DNA of 62,886 nucleotides, filler included, from Chiloscyllium plagiosum (Eukaryota), in assembly GCF_004010195.1 (NCBI RefSeq). It is 3 parts of one record of this genome, joined end to end, with 100 filler letters (N's around TTAATTAATTAA, not from the genome) between each part and the next. Parts side by side here need not be neighbours in the genome. Positions count along the whole stretch, not along the records: positions 1 to 28,699 come from NC_057714.1; 2 more parts are not named here. One strand, 5' to 3'. A program made the translations under genes and the position numbers. Under the pieces are notes generated by a model. It searched no databases, had not been told where the DNA came from, and saw nothing but the letters and a program-made list of their open reading frames with translations. Shown here piece after piece: positions 13,721-27,360 of this stretch (position 1 is the stretch's first letter; every line of letters begins with the position of its first letter).

Positions 13721-16700
13721 GTTCATTATTGTCTTGTTTAGCAGTGTTGCGACTTCTAATATTCTGTGGTGTTGCATTCCCAGATCCCTTTGCCTCTCTA
13801 TCTCATATAGATTTTTACTTACTTAACATTCTTATTCTATTTGTAATATTTTATTAATAGTAATAATTTCCTTATTGAAATGTAACATATATTTAAATTA
13901 ATTTGCCAATTAAAATGCCCAATCTACAAGTTTATTAATACCTGCTCATAAACTACTGCCCTACTCATTATTAACTATCCCATTTAATGTTGTGTTGCCT
14001 GCAAATTTAGAAATTGTGATTTTGGTTCTGAAATCACATTGTTAATTAAAACTGAACAAAGGTAATCAAAGCTCCGATTCTTCTGGAACCGCATTTCACA
14101 CCACCCACAACTCTGAATAGTTACTTTTCACCGTTAATCTTCATAATCTGCCTTGCAGCCAGCTAGCTAGCCATTTTGTCATATGTCTCAACTCTGAATA
14201 CTCTGACCGTAAACGTTAATTTGTTACTTAGTTCCTTATCAAAAGGTCTTTTGGAAATCTAGATAAATCACATCTACATATTTTTCTATTTCTAATTAGT
14301 AGGGATTCTATTACTTTTCTTTCTGTCAATGTTAAACTGTTTGGTCTGTTTTCTCCTTGCGCATTTTATAATTTCCCTTTTGAAATATAGGTATAACAAA
14401 ATACTCACTAGTTATCTAGCACTACATATTTTTCTAATAAATTATTACATATGGATAATAGTGCCTCTGTTACTCTTTTCTAGTTTACTTTAAAATTAGT
14501 TGTTCTTCATTGATGCTCAATATACAAACATAAGATAATACAAGACAATGTGGGTCTTGCCTAGTTTGCTACCGCATTTTGCATTCTCCATTTAAAAAGA
14601 TATCTGAACATTTTTACTTTAAATTTATAACAAACTAAATTCACTTGTCACCCTGCTTCCAATCCTAAATGATCCCAGCAAGATGTGAAACTGGAAGATT
14701 ATTTGAATACAAATGCGTACAGCATCACTTCAGAATAAACCAAAGAAACAACATTCTAAGTGAATTTGATTTCATTTGACTATCTGATTTCAGTTTTGTT
14801 TCATCAAGTTATAACTTGCATAGTTATCGATTTTCTGCAGGCAGTAAATATACCTGTAAGAGCTGTATTTTCCACTGTCCAATTCTGAAAGTATTTTTAT
14901 ATCCTGGTTTTCATTATTCTCACCTATGGAAAACATAAGTACACAAAATTAATATTTCACCATTATCAAAATTGAAAATAGGAAGAAAAAATTTAGAAAG
15001 AAAATCAAAATTAACTTCCAGATCTGCCAAGTGTTGATAAATATTTCAGAATTTATCGAAATACAAATTGACCTTAAAAGTCAGAATTGATCATTTATTT
15101 TCTCTCTACATTTCTGACAGTATTACCTCTAACTGAAGTGCATTTCCACAGACATCATTCATCTCCATAACATTACATTACATTTGTTTATCCAACAAGT
15201 TAAGGCAGAAAATAGCTGACCAGACAGCATCATGGACACGTCTAATATAGCTCAGAGGTATTTTCCTATCATCACTGAACAGCAGGGAGAAACACAAACT
15301 GAACTGTCTTCTCAACTTGGGTTGAGAAAGTTTAGACATGACCTAAGATCTTTAAAATAATAAAAGAACACTATAGGCCAGTGACAGAGACCCTGGCACT
15401 TGATTTTCAGTTCGGCATTCAGAAACGGACACTTGGTTAATTTTGGGGTCTCAACTTTGACTTGCACTTGTGTCACTCATGCAACATAATCTTCAAATAT
15501 AAATGGGTTGGTGGCCAGCTTGGTGCCCTGTTAATGGTGTTAAGGAACCAGGATGTAGGAACTTTATGCAGAATACATGATGTAAGAGTTAGTCATGATG
15601 CAACATGTTTCCAACTTGCCGAAGAGAGAAGGCAGCATGTTAGAGAGCCAGCTACCTCACTGCGAACGAAAGTAGCCAAATGGCCAGCTGAAAGATACAA
15701 CATCCAATCTGGTGCAAATTGAAACAGTGCCAAAATTTTATTCTCAATCATTTAATTGTTACTGCTTTGATCCCCAAAGATGCGCATTAATGCACCTAAC
15801 TATTTGGGTTTAAAAATTTCTGGAACAAAAAGGTTGGCCCTCCCACATCTGTTAATAAACAGTGCAACCAGAAAGCACTTCTGCTAGCAAAAGAAAGCTG
15901 GTGAAAATCTCTAACATCGCCCTAAAACTAAATTAAGTGGTCCATTGTAATGTTTAATATAACATAGCCTCTTGACAACTTTGAGATATGGTTAGCAATG
16001 TAAATGGAGCACAGTAGATAAATGTGATGATGTGATGATCAACGTGGCCGAAAAGGAATATACTGAAGGGGTTGAATGGTCTATGTTTATTCGAAAGTTC
16101 CCAAATTTCTAAAATAATTGCTATCACATTCCAATTTAGTTTGTAATCTCTCATTCTTGTTAGGTCAAAAACCAAGCATATCACTTCTTATACAATATGT
16201 GATGGCTTTGAAATGGGATTTTTATTTCATAGATGGTATAATAACTGAAAACAGATTACGATAAAATTTCTTGAAGTTGTTGGATAAAATAAATGTCACA
16301 CTCAAGTTATTTTACTTAGCATAAAGACATATATGAAATAAAAACAAAATGATGAAAATATTCAGTAGAACCTTCATGTGATCTTAAGTATTAACTGTTT
16401 TTCTCCAAAGCTGTACCCAAACTACAGATTATTTTCTGCATTTTCTGTTTTTATTTAAGATTTCCAGCATTGATAATTGAAGGTCATGCCAACCCTTTCA
16501 CAGGATGTAATCTGTATTCTCATTACATATTTTTGTGATTTCCCTGGGAGGGTTAAATACGTTTTATTAATTGAATCTTAGAAAGACCATCCTACTGGCA
16601 TTTTTGGGAAACTTTCATTTTTAAAAGGAATAAGTTATTGTGGTTGACTGATTTTCAAGAGCTTGCGCTGCATGAACACAGTAAATCCTCATGCCAACTT

Positions 16701-17024
16701 CTTCACAGAGCAAAAATAATTGTTTTGCTACCCTATAAAATCTAGAAGTGTAGGCAAACGTGCCTCATACAATTTTCTAATTGAATTTCTCACTGCTGCA
16801 GGCAAATCAACAGATTTCACACTACTGCTATAACTCTCCTTCACATGTCAAGCATTTAAAGGATCAAGCACTGAAACACTTAAAGATGAGGAATTATATA
16901 TAATAGTAAGGTTTACAGCCTTTCTAGACCAAAGGAGCATGCTTACTACTAGAATTTTATTTAATCAAACAATGTGATCAAAGATAACAATTTCAATTTA
17001 ACTGTATAGTAGGCTGACAATTTA

Positions 17025-19070
17025 CATACAAACATATGAATTAGGAGCAGACGTAATCCATTCAGCCCCTCAAACCTTCTCCACCATGAAATAAGATCAC
17101 GGATGATCTGTTTGTGTTCTGAATTCCACATTCCCAATAATCTCAAATAATCCTTCATTCTCAAGCCTAACAATAATCTAACCACCTGTTGTAAAAATGT
17201 TCAGTCACCCCACTTCCACTGCTCCTGAGTTCCAAGTCTGACAACCCTCAAAAAGTTCTCATCGTTCCTAAGAGAGTGACACCTAATTTTAAAACAGTAC
17301 CCCCTAGTTCTAAAATCACCCACTAGAGAAAACATCCTGTCTAAATTATGTTGTCAAGACCATTCAAACATTTTGTACACTTCAATCAAATTACCTCTTA
17401 CTCTTTTAAACTCCAGTGGAAACAAGCCTGGTCTGACCAACCTATCCATATTATGCAACCCACTCATTCTAGGTATTAATCAAGGAAGCCTTCTCTGAAT
17501 CATCTCCAATGCATTCAAATCCTTCCATAGTATTTGAGATATTTTGTCATCGATGGCCTATATAATTAAAGGATAACATCCTTACTTTTATGCTCAATTC
17601 CTTTCATAAAAGGGTATTAATCACATTAGACTTGTGCACAAGAACAACTAATTCCATCTGCACCTCTTATTTCCACAGTCGTTCTCTATTCAAAAATATT
17701 CTGCTTTTTCATTTTCCCTGCCAAGTGCACAACTTCACATTTTTACACATTACACTCCATCTGCCAGATTTTTGCTTCCTTTTCACTTATTCAACCTACC
17801 TACATCCTTCTGCAAACTCCTCCTGTCTTGTCACAACATTTCTTTCCACCTTTCTTTGTATCCTCTGCAAACCTAACCACCATAAACTTGCTCCCCTCAT
17901 CTCATCTAGGTTATCGATGTGAAGAATAAAAGGTTAAGGTCATAACACAGACCCCTGTTGGGTGGGGGCGGGGTGGTGTCACATGACATGGGACTATTCA
18001 GACTAAGACTCATTTATATATTTTCTGTCAGTAAGCCAATATTCTACCCATGCTATTATGTTACCACCTATACCACAAGCTTTCATTTTCACACCTTAAA
18101 TGCCTTCTGGAAATTGAAGTACAGTACAACTTCTCTTTGTTATAGCACATGTTACTCCTTTGAAGAAATCTAATAAATTGGTTAAATGTGATTTCCGCTT
18201 TACAAAACAATACTGATTTTTCCTGACTACCTTAAGGTTTTCTAAGTGCACAGCTATCATCTCTTTAATGATGCATTCTACCACATTACCATGACAGATA
18301 TCAAGCTAATTGGCTTAGAGTTTCCTGATTTCTGCCTCCCTCCCTTCTTGAATACAAGGGTTATACTTGCTGCTTTTCCTGAATTTAGGAAGCTTTGGAA
18401 AAATAACACCAAGACTTCTACTTCATAAGTCACATCATTTAAGGTACTGTGAAGAATTCTATCTGGACCCAGAGACTTTTCAGCCATAGTTCCATCACTT
18501 TACTCAGTACCACCTCCCTGATAATTGTAAAAGTTAGCTACATCCTCTCTCCCTTCAATATCCTGATTTACACATTATACCGGATTTTTTTCTGCATCCT
18601 CCACAGTAAAAACAGAAGATATTTTCTCATTTTACCTGCCATTGCGTTATTACTTATTAAGTTCCCATTTTCACTCTGGAAGACCAAAACTCACTTTACC
18701 TGTGGAAACAATTTATGTTTTTATATTTGGAGCTAGATCCCTCATAAAGTTTCTTGGTCCTGATTAACATTTTTATAATTATCTGCCACTCATCTTGAAA
18801 TCCAGGTACACTACAGTTTTACAGTACATCTACCAACTTACCTTTACCAAAACACATTATTCCTTCAAAAAAGTTCAATAAATACAATTTCCCCTTCATG
18901 AAACCATGCTGATCCTTCCCAAATGCCATACCTTTCCTCAAGTTTGCAGTTACAATATCTTCATAATTGATTCCAATGCCTTCCCCATGATAGACGTAAA
19001 GTGAACTGGCCTAAAGCCTCCTGTCTTCCTCCCTTCTTGAATAGAGCAGCGACATTTGTTACTTTCCAGT
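17025..19070 (-). mobile_element. Decayed CR1 ORF2 and tail
   Basis: Minus ORFs contain FKKGGRQKSGNSKPISL and KSHLTNLLDFFKGVT. CR1 tail at about 17030-17110. Confidence 0.78.
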
Positions 19071-19569
19071 TGGACCGAATGTTTTATTTGCATTCTTCGG
19101 CGTGGTTTTCCAAACCAAAACAGTGATTAACTATTAAACTCATATGAGAGGAAACGATATGTTTCTGGGTGATAGTCAGCAGGTCTCAGTTTTAAGGGAG
19201 GGAACAATACAAACTATCAGTGCTACAGAGGAGGAAGACCACCTTTTCAGGTGAGTTTCATTGAAATCAACAGAAACCAAATGAAGAGGGGATTCAGAAT
19301 AGCACATACCCAGCTAAGTATTACTGCAAATACATAACTCTTCCTTGATGCTCTATAATCACAAAGCTGAAAAAGTAAGGCATTTTATTTCATTCCATCT
19401 CAATGGTAGGCCATTTCATATTCTACAACCTGCACTGAAACCTCTATTCACATTTTGACAGCTGGAATATTGTCCACAGCATACGAAATAAAACAATTTT
19501 AAACACAGTCAATTTTGCCCCACTTCCCAATATTAATGGATCCTGTAAATAAAAATCTAAACTTTAGTC

Positions 19570-20365
19570 CAAAACATAGCAAGTGCAGGGCCATACAACA
19601 CAAAAGCAGCCCTTTGAGTCTGTTTCAATCCATTTATACTAATCATACTTTCCTGTACTTGGCCACGGTCTTGCACGTAATGAAATTTCAAATGCTCGTC
19701 CAAATACCTTTGAAAGGTTTTGATGTTCCCTGCATCTGCTACTCTGTCAGGCATTGCAAACCAGATTCCAACCACTCTGAGTGAAAATATTTTTTCCCCA
19801 AATCCTCTCTAAACCTCCTACCTCTCACCTTAAAATCATGCATTGTTACTGATCCTTCAACTAAAAGGAATAGTTGCTTCCTATCCAACCTGTTCCTTAA
19901 TCTTAAACACCTCAATCAGGTCCTGCTTCAGACTTCTCTGCACCAAGGCATAAAGCCCTTGCTTCAAAGGTCCATCCCAAGCAACATCCTGATGATTCTC
20001 TTCTGTATTCCTTCAAGTGCAATCATGTCTTACCTATAGCAAGGCAACCAGAACTGCACTAAGTACTCCAGGTATGGCCTAACCAAAGTTTTGTATAGCT
20101 CCCTCCTCTTAAAATCTATGTCATGGCTAATAAAATCAAGTGTCCCATAAGCCTTCTTAATTACCCTATTAACCTTTCTGCCATCTTAAAGATGAGTGGA
20201 GAAGCACAACAAGATTGCTCTTAGCTTCCTACCTGAGCATGAGCAAGCCATCCAGCCTGCTGAGCCTGCTCCATCAATCAGTATGATTATGGCTGATCAT
20301 CCAGCTCAGTATCCTTTTCCCACCTTCTCCCCATACTCTTTGATCCTTTTGGCCTTAATTATATC
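19570..20365 (-). mobile_element. Two decayed CR1 3' fragments
   Basis: Minus ORFs contain DAGNIKTFQRYLDEHL (19557-19775) and KRIKEYGEKVGKGY (20306-20365). Confidence 0.7.
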
Positions 20366-20369
20366 AAAC

Positions 20370-20858
20370 CCCTTGGTAAACCAGAAGTTGAACAGGTAAA
20401 GGTCTAATGGAATCTTGAAAGATAATTTCACAGATATGGGCAGGATGGAAGTCAGGAAGGCTCCAGAAATCTGTAACAATGCACAACTAACCAGAGTTTC
20501 ATGAGCATGGTCTTTACCAGAATGGCATGTGCTTGTAGAACTTGGTGAACATGGTATGGATGGGATAGATACACAAGTTTTATCTTCAAGTAACAGAAAC
20601 AGCAGTACAAAGTTGTTCTTAAACCCTAGATCTACATTGTTTTTAATCACACTTCTTCAGCCTGTTAGTATTGCACCAGTGGACTCATCAACCACTACAG
20701 CTCAACAGGATTGTTTTGTTTCCTAATGCATCCTTTAACCAGGTCAAACTTTCTTTGAACTTCTGAATTCCAAATTTCAGTAAGCTTTATTTCTTTTGAA
20801 ACGAGATGAGTCGGTCTCCTCTCTACCTTCACCTGTTCAACTTCTGGTTTACCAAGGG
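20370..20858. repeat. 34-bp inverted repeat pair (20370-20403 and 20825-20858), one mismatch, 421-bp spacer
   Basis: CCCTTGGTAAACCAGAAGTTGAACAGGTAAAGGT versus the reverse complement of ACCTTCACCTGTTCAACTTCTGGTTTACCAAGGG. Confidence 0.92.
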
Positions 20859-23800
20859 TCTGCCTCAAAAAATATAAATACAATTCAAAGGCATGGATTT
20901 CCTCACAAATGACAGCAGTTGAGTACCAGTACAAAAGGTTAAGGCAGTGGCAGATGATACACTGACTCAACACTGCACCTTGCATAATTGGTTAAACACT
21001 TAGAATAGATAGATATTACAATGTATATTCAGTAGCACCCCAGCTGTAATGCTCAATATTATAATCGCTCTCTCTTCAGTTCACAGGCAAACAAGAATTT
21101 AAGCACAGATTAAGTGACTTAATGAACAATTTTGCTCTCAACTTGTTGACTGAACTCAACTTGAGTACTAAAATCTAATCTTGCGCTCAGAGCACTCGTG
21201 AATAAAACTGTTCATCACTGCAATCAGTCACCAACATAAAGTTTTAGTGTTAATGCGATTGACATAACTCTGCATTTTTAAAATTTGTTAAAAGTAGTAC
21301 TTGTGGTTAAATTAATACAAATTGCCTCCTTCTGTTGGCTGTTTAAATCAATCAGTGCTTGTAATTGTCATTTTTGGAGACTCCTTTAATCATAACATGA
21401 AAAACATATGCCGCACTTCATAATTTCCATCAAGTCCAACCTGGGCTGCCTTCTGACAATTTAAATATTATGCTTTTCGTGCAATGTAAGCCTCTTGTGG
21501 TAAAAACATATTTAACTTTCGAGATTCCATATAAGAGGAAAGTCTGCAACAACCACTCAATGTTAAAACTTACGTAAAAATGTATCAAACTTTGTAATTG
21601 AAACACTGAATACATTAATTGAATATATCACCCTTCCATAATCACATTATTAATAATTTTGCATAATGACAGGAATAAATTGGTGAAAAGTTAACTAATG
21701 TTAATTAATTTGTGCTATTATAATGGCATTATGCAAACTTATATCCATTATCCTTTCTCAGTTTCAACTATGTATATTTACAATTTTAAATTGCTTTCAT
21801 CCTATGGAGATAAAGCTCCTGCAGGCACTGGACTAAGGTCTCTGCCAACAACAGTACTCACATCCAATTAATGACAAATTTGTTTTGGGTGGGAATTAAA
21901 AACAAGGTAACTTTGTCTGTCATTTTCCAGTGCCTAGTCCTGTTGTGAAAAATTATTTTAAAAATTCAATGGCAGTTCACTTTTGGTTTGTCAAGTATGC
22001 AAGTTACTCCATGAATGGAAAGATACTTTGAGTTAAGGATGCATTTCAGAAGTGGATGGAAGTTCTGTGCCCCAATCCAAGTTGGGAAGGATGGAGAAAA
22101 CATTGTCACTATTTCTAACATCTTCAAGCCACACGTCTGGTCAGGACACCTCACTGTCAATTGCAAGACCTAGTTTTGAATGAATTCTTTTTTTTGTTGT
22201 TGAAGCAACGTTAGTAATGATTCCTCTATCATGTAGGTATTATAAGTTTCATACACTTCACTTTTTGTTTTATTTGGGTATGGCATTTATCAACTCCAAT
22301 TAGTGACTTGGAATCAAATCTAAATGAAGTCTCTTTTTTGACTCTGAAGTTACTTAGCATGGACAAAACTGACTTGGCAACATTGCACTGTTTAAAATCT
22401 TTTTTGTTAATCTCAGCATGATAAACCTGATTGACATTTTGGCAAGAACCATGATTTTGGTACTTTAGCACAGGTTATGGTTACCTTCGACCTGATCACA
22501 CCTTTTGCCACTGTTGATTGGATGCTTTGGACACTGGACAGACCGATCCCACAGCAAGAGTAGTCAAGTAGCCTGTCAATCAAGGATTCCATTCCCCCCT
22601 TTCTCATTGAGTGCAAACACCCCGAGAGGATAGATGCACCCTCAACTGAGCAGTTAAAGAAAGGACTTTCTAAAATCTTTATAATGTTACTTTCATCCAA
22701 ACCATTTCATGGTTGCACCTAAGTCTTTCATTACTGATCCCGAACTGAGCTCTCTATAGGCACATATTTGAGTAGAAGACTGAGAGAGAAGCTAGGGGAA
22801 TGGGACAAGGGAGACCGTTGGGACAAGGGAGAGGGATTGGTTATGGATAGGGAGAGCTTTTTATTTTAAGGATCGTCTTTTTCTTTTTAAGCCTTTAAAA
22901 TTTGTGGACTGAAATGAAGAAAAAGAGCCATTTTTGACAACAGTTTTCCATAATTTCACATTAAGGAGTTCGATACCTATTGTGAACTCTGTTTTTGTGG
23001 CTATGGATTCCTGGGACGTGCAAATGATCAGGAGCCAAGTTGTTGTTTACAAGTGAAACCGATTGGTTCTTAGCAAACCGACAAGGTTGGAACTGAAAGC
23101 GAGTTACAGAGACACAGACAAAGAGAAAGAATGACACACAGTTGTACACAATAGAAGCTGCATATTTTCTACAGAAATAAAAACTCAGTTTAAACTTGAA
23201 GAAAATCGGTTACCTTTTATATAATTGTAGAATCATACAGTAAAGAAGCCGCCCTTAGGCCGATCACGTCAGCCACAAAAAAAACTACTCTAAATCTACA
23301 CTAGTTCCATTTTCCAGTACTTGGCCCATAGCCTTAGATGTTATGACATTTCAAGTGCTCATCTAAGTACTTTTTAAAAGGTTGAGAGGTTTTCTGCCTT
23401 ACCTACCCTCCCAGGCAGTGTATTCCAGATTCCCACAACCTTTTGGATGAAATCAGCATTTGATCAAATCTACTCTAAATCTCCTGCCTTTGCCCTTAAA
23501 ACTATGCCACCATATTACTGATCCTTCAGATAAGTGGAGAAGTTGCTTTCTATCCGCCCTGTCCATGCCCCTCAATCTTACACACCTCAGTTAGGTCCCC
23601 TTCTCCTCTCTAAAGAAAACAATCCAGGGTTTTCCACTTTCTCTTCATACCTAAACTGCGCCATCCTGGACAACATCCGGGTGAATGCCTTCTACACCCC
23701 CTACCTAGTACAATCATATCCTTCCTGTGGTGAATAGAACTACACACACTACATCAGCTGTGGTTCAAAGTCCTATATAACTCCAAAATAACTTCCCTCC

Positions 23801-24598
23801 TTTTAATAAGCATTGCCATAACTGTCAAAGGTAAGTATCCTATATGCCTTAACTACCCTACTAGCCTGTCCTGGAACCTTTAGAGATTATGAACAAGCAC
23901 CCCAAGACCCCTTTCTTTGGGTCTTTCTATTATTCTGTTGCTCATAGAGTACTCTTGTCTTGTTGATCATTTTGAAGCATCACTTCACACTCATCAGTTA
24001 AATTCCATATGCCACTGATCTGCCCATCTGCCTAATCCGTTTATATCCTCCTGTAACCTAAGACCTTCTTCCTCAATGTCAATCACTCATCCAATCTTCG
24101 CAACATCCACAAACTTATCATTCCCTTGTACATTTTCTTCTTTATCATTTATATATCATGAACAATGAGGAACCCAGCACAGTTTTCTGGACTACATCAC
24201 TGGATACTTGCCTCCAGTAACACCAATAGCTTTCCATCATCACCCTCTGTCTCTTGCCACTAAGCTAATTTTGGATCCAAATTGCCAAGTTACTCTGGAT
24301 CCCATGTGTATTCACCTCCTTTATCAGTGTTGCATGTGGGTCCTTGTCAAAGGCTTTTCTGAAATGCAGATTTTCTACATCAAACATACTACTCTCATAG
24401 ACACAACAGTGAGTTCTTTGAAAAATGTAATCAAGCTTGTTTGGCATGATCTCTCTCTGACAAAGCTATGCTAACTATTCCTGATCAAACACTGCCTCTC
24501 CAATTGGAGATTAATTCTTAACTTCAGAATTTTCTCCAATAGTTTCCCTATCAGTGTTTGAATCACTGGTCGATCATTCCTTGGATTACCTTTTACCA

Positions 24599-24822
24599 GT
24601 TGAAACTTTATTGCTGGAACAACACAGCAGGTCAGGCAGCATCCAGGGAACAGGAGATTCGACGTTTCGGGCACAGGCCCTTCTTCAGGAACGATTCCTG
24701 AAGAAGGGCCTGTGCCCGAAACGTCGAATCTCCTGTTCCCTGGATGCTGCCTGACCTGCTGTGTTGTTCCAGCAATAAAGTTTCAACTTTGATCTCCAGC
24801 ATCTGCAGACCTCACTTTCTCC
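24599..24822 (+). mobile_element. Short PLE-derived insertion with head-to-head inverted pseudo-LTR and 13-bp TSD
   Basis: TTACCTTTTACCA occurs at 24586-24598 and 24823-24835. Arms 24598-24691 and 24695-24788 are reverse complements. The tail matches the 3' end of the PLE at 34725-34858. Confidence 0.9.
24693..24730 (+). ncRNA. Minimal type I hammerhead ribozyme motif (mirror copy on minus strand at about 24656-24692)
   Basis: GATTC (stem I), CTGAAGA, A, GGGC-CTGT-GCCC (stem II), GAAA, CGTC (cleavage triplet GUC), GAATC (stem I'). Confidence 0.8.
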
Positions 24823-26849
24823 TTACCTTTTACCACCCTTCTTGAAAAATGCAACCACAAAAACCATCTTCCAGTCCTCTGGCATCTCCTCCCAGGCCAG
24901 AGAGGAATTAAAATATTGGGTCACAGCCCCTGTAATTTCCTTGTTTGCCTTCCACAGCAGCCTGGGATGCAACTTATCCAGCCCTGGGCACCTGTTTACT
25001 TTTAAGCAAACCAAAACCTCCAATATCACCTCACTTCCAATGCAAACTATTCAAGTACCTCTCAGTACCTCTTCCAAAATTTTGTACCTACATCCTCCTT
25101 CTCCTGTAAAAGACAGATGTAAGCACATATTTAACATCCTACCAGCTCCCCCTCATGGCTCCACACACAGATTGCCTCAATGGGCCCTACTCTTTCCCTG
25201 GTAATCCTCTTCCCCTTGATATATTTACAGAATGTCTTGGAATTCTACTAATCTTACTTGCCAATATTTTTCATGTCCTCTTGTGGCTCTCCTAATAGCT
25301 TTCTTAAGATGCCCCTGCATTTGCTATACTACACTAGGGTTTCCTTTGATTTGCCCCTTCTTCGTACTTGTTGAAAAACTCTTTCTCTTTTTATCTAGTC
25401 CTGAATATTGCCAGGTATCTATGGTTGTTGCTCTTACATTTCATCCTAAACAGAACATATCGAGCCTGTATTCTCCCTAAATTTCATTTTGAACATGCCG
25501 TCCCCAGCCATTGTTCTACTGTAGATTTACCCAGAAGCAGCTATTTTCATTCTAATTTGGCCAGATTCTGCCTCCCGCAACCCAAATCTCTCTTTCTGCA
25601 TATTATCTTTCCCCTTTTCCATAATAAACCTAAATTGTACTAAGTTGCAGTCACAAGCACTAAAATGCTCTCCCTCTGCCAGGCTTCATTCCCCATAATT
25701 AATTCCAGCACTGCACTGTCCTTGATGGACCTTCTACATGTTGATGCAAAAACCTCTTCTGAACAGATTTCAAGAAATCTGCCCCCCTTCTCAACCTTTA
25801 CACTATGACTACCCCAATTTAATGTTGGACATGTTGAAATACCATAATATAATTACCCTATTATCGATTTTACAAATCTCAGTGTGTCCTCCAGTATTTG
25901 CTCTGACCTGTGACTTTTGAAGTGATAAATCAGAGACATTTTCCAAATTAATCAAACCAATGGGAATTCCAGAGTAAGACAACTGTACACCAATGGCCTA
26001 GCTAGCCAAAGAAGGATCTTCTCAGCATTGGAATTGGGAAGCAAGTAATTGATTTTCCCATTTCTTTTTTTTTACCTCCACCAATAACCTACCTCCTCCA
26101 CTGGTTGGCATATGTAAGGTGATGTTTACAAGGGGATGTGTTTTAGTCAGTAGTGTTATATACCAGTCGTTTGGTTCTGTTTAGCTGTCACTATAGTTTA
26201 ATTATTTGCAATAAATAATAGTTCTTAGTTAGTACAGAAACCTGCTCCATGTTTTCTATCAATCTCAGTCTGAAAGTCAGGTAAATTGGGGTATTTTTTT
26301 TAAAAAAATTAACATTTGGCACAGTCTGGAAAAATGGGGAATAATTTAAGATGCATTACTCCACTGGGTCATTAGAAATCTGCAATACACATGTTGCTCT
26401 TTAAAGTTAAACAAAAATTATGATGTAACCAAAAGTTGTTATAATTGTTAGGTTAAAAGAGAGCTCTTGATTGCACAGCATATATATGAAGATGGTTTAT
26501 CGCATTGCAGCATCGAATTTTATTCACCACTGGAAAAGTCCAAAAGTAAGTTCTAACATTTACTTTTATAAATTAAATGAACTCTTTATATGCGTTTAAC
26601 TTTGAAGGAATGCTACTCATTACCAAATTTATAGTTCTGAATGACTTAAGGCATTATATTGGATGCAATAGTCATTGAAATCCTTCATCATCAATAATTG
26701 TACGTTTCTTGTAATATATAAGCTATTATTAAATTTACAATCAATTATCCTGTCACTAATGTCAGAAAATGCATGCTCAGAAAGAAGGTTAAAATTCACA
26801 TAACAGGAACAGGCTGACAGTCAAGAATTATTATTGCTCTTTCAACAAA

Positions 26850-27165
26850 TAAGAACACAAGAAATAGAAGCTGTTGAAGGCAATTCAGTACTTTGAGCCT
26901 GCTCCACTATTCAATATAATCATGGCTGATGTCATCTTGGCCTCAACTCCACTTGCCTGGTTGCTGTCTTTAAACCTCCTATTCTTTACTAACTAAAAAT
27001 CTATTTCCTCCTTAAATTTACTCAATGTTCCGGCATGCACAATACACTCAGGTCGTGAATTCCCACAGATTCATGACAGTTTGAGAGAAGTAATTCCTCA
27101 TCTGTTTTAGATCAGCTTCCCCTTATCCTAAAACTATGACCGTAAATTCTAGTTGCCCACAAAAA
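26850..27165 (-). mobile_element. Decayed CR1 3' end
   Basis: Typical reversed CR1 tail GAGCCTGCTCCACTATTCAATATAATCATGGCTGAT. Confidence 0.65.
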
Positions 27166-27264
27166 TCAATGCTTTTTCAAAAGATGCAAGATATAAATAG
27201 CAATATTTGCATTTTAATTCCTATCATATTTACAGAGTTTGGTGAAAAAAAAGACTTGCATTTT

Positions 27265-27360
27265 GACTGAAAACAAATGCTGGAGATCACAGTGGGTCAG
27301 GCAGCATCCAAGGAGAGAGAGCAAGCTAACGTTTCAAGTCTAGATGACTCTTCAACAGAC
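27265..27360 (-). mobile_element. PLE-derived tail with degenerate hammerhead motif
   Basis: Minus strand reads CTGTTGA-A-GAGTC-ATCTA-GACTT-GAAA-CGTTA followed by the GGATGCTGCCTGACC tail. Confidence 0.65.

Larger units (their letters stand above)
23228..25900 (-). mobile_element. Long decayed CR1 ORF2 interrupted by a PLE-derived insertion
   Basis: Minus ORFs contain CPGLDKLHPRLLWKA, MPEDWKM-FKKGG and FRKAFDKDPH. Confidence 0.82.

Noticed and set aside
19143..19250. Plus-strand ATG-initiated segment ending at CAG|GTGAGT as CTNNAL1 exon 1
   Set aside because: The peptide (MRGNDMFLGDSQQ...) is unlike alpha-catulin and ends in phase 2, incompatible with the phase-0 exon at 59943.
21573..21606. 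Minus-strand micro-exon (FQLQSLIHFY|gtaagt)
   Set aside because: The acceptor lacks a polypyrimidine tract and there is no homology support.
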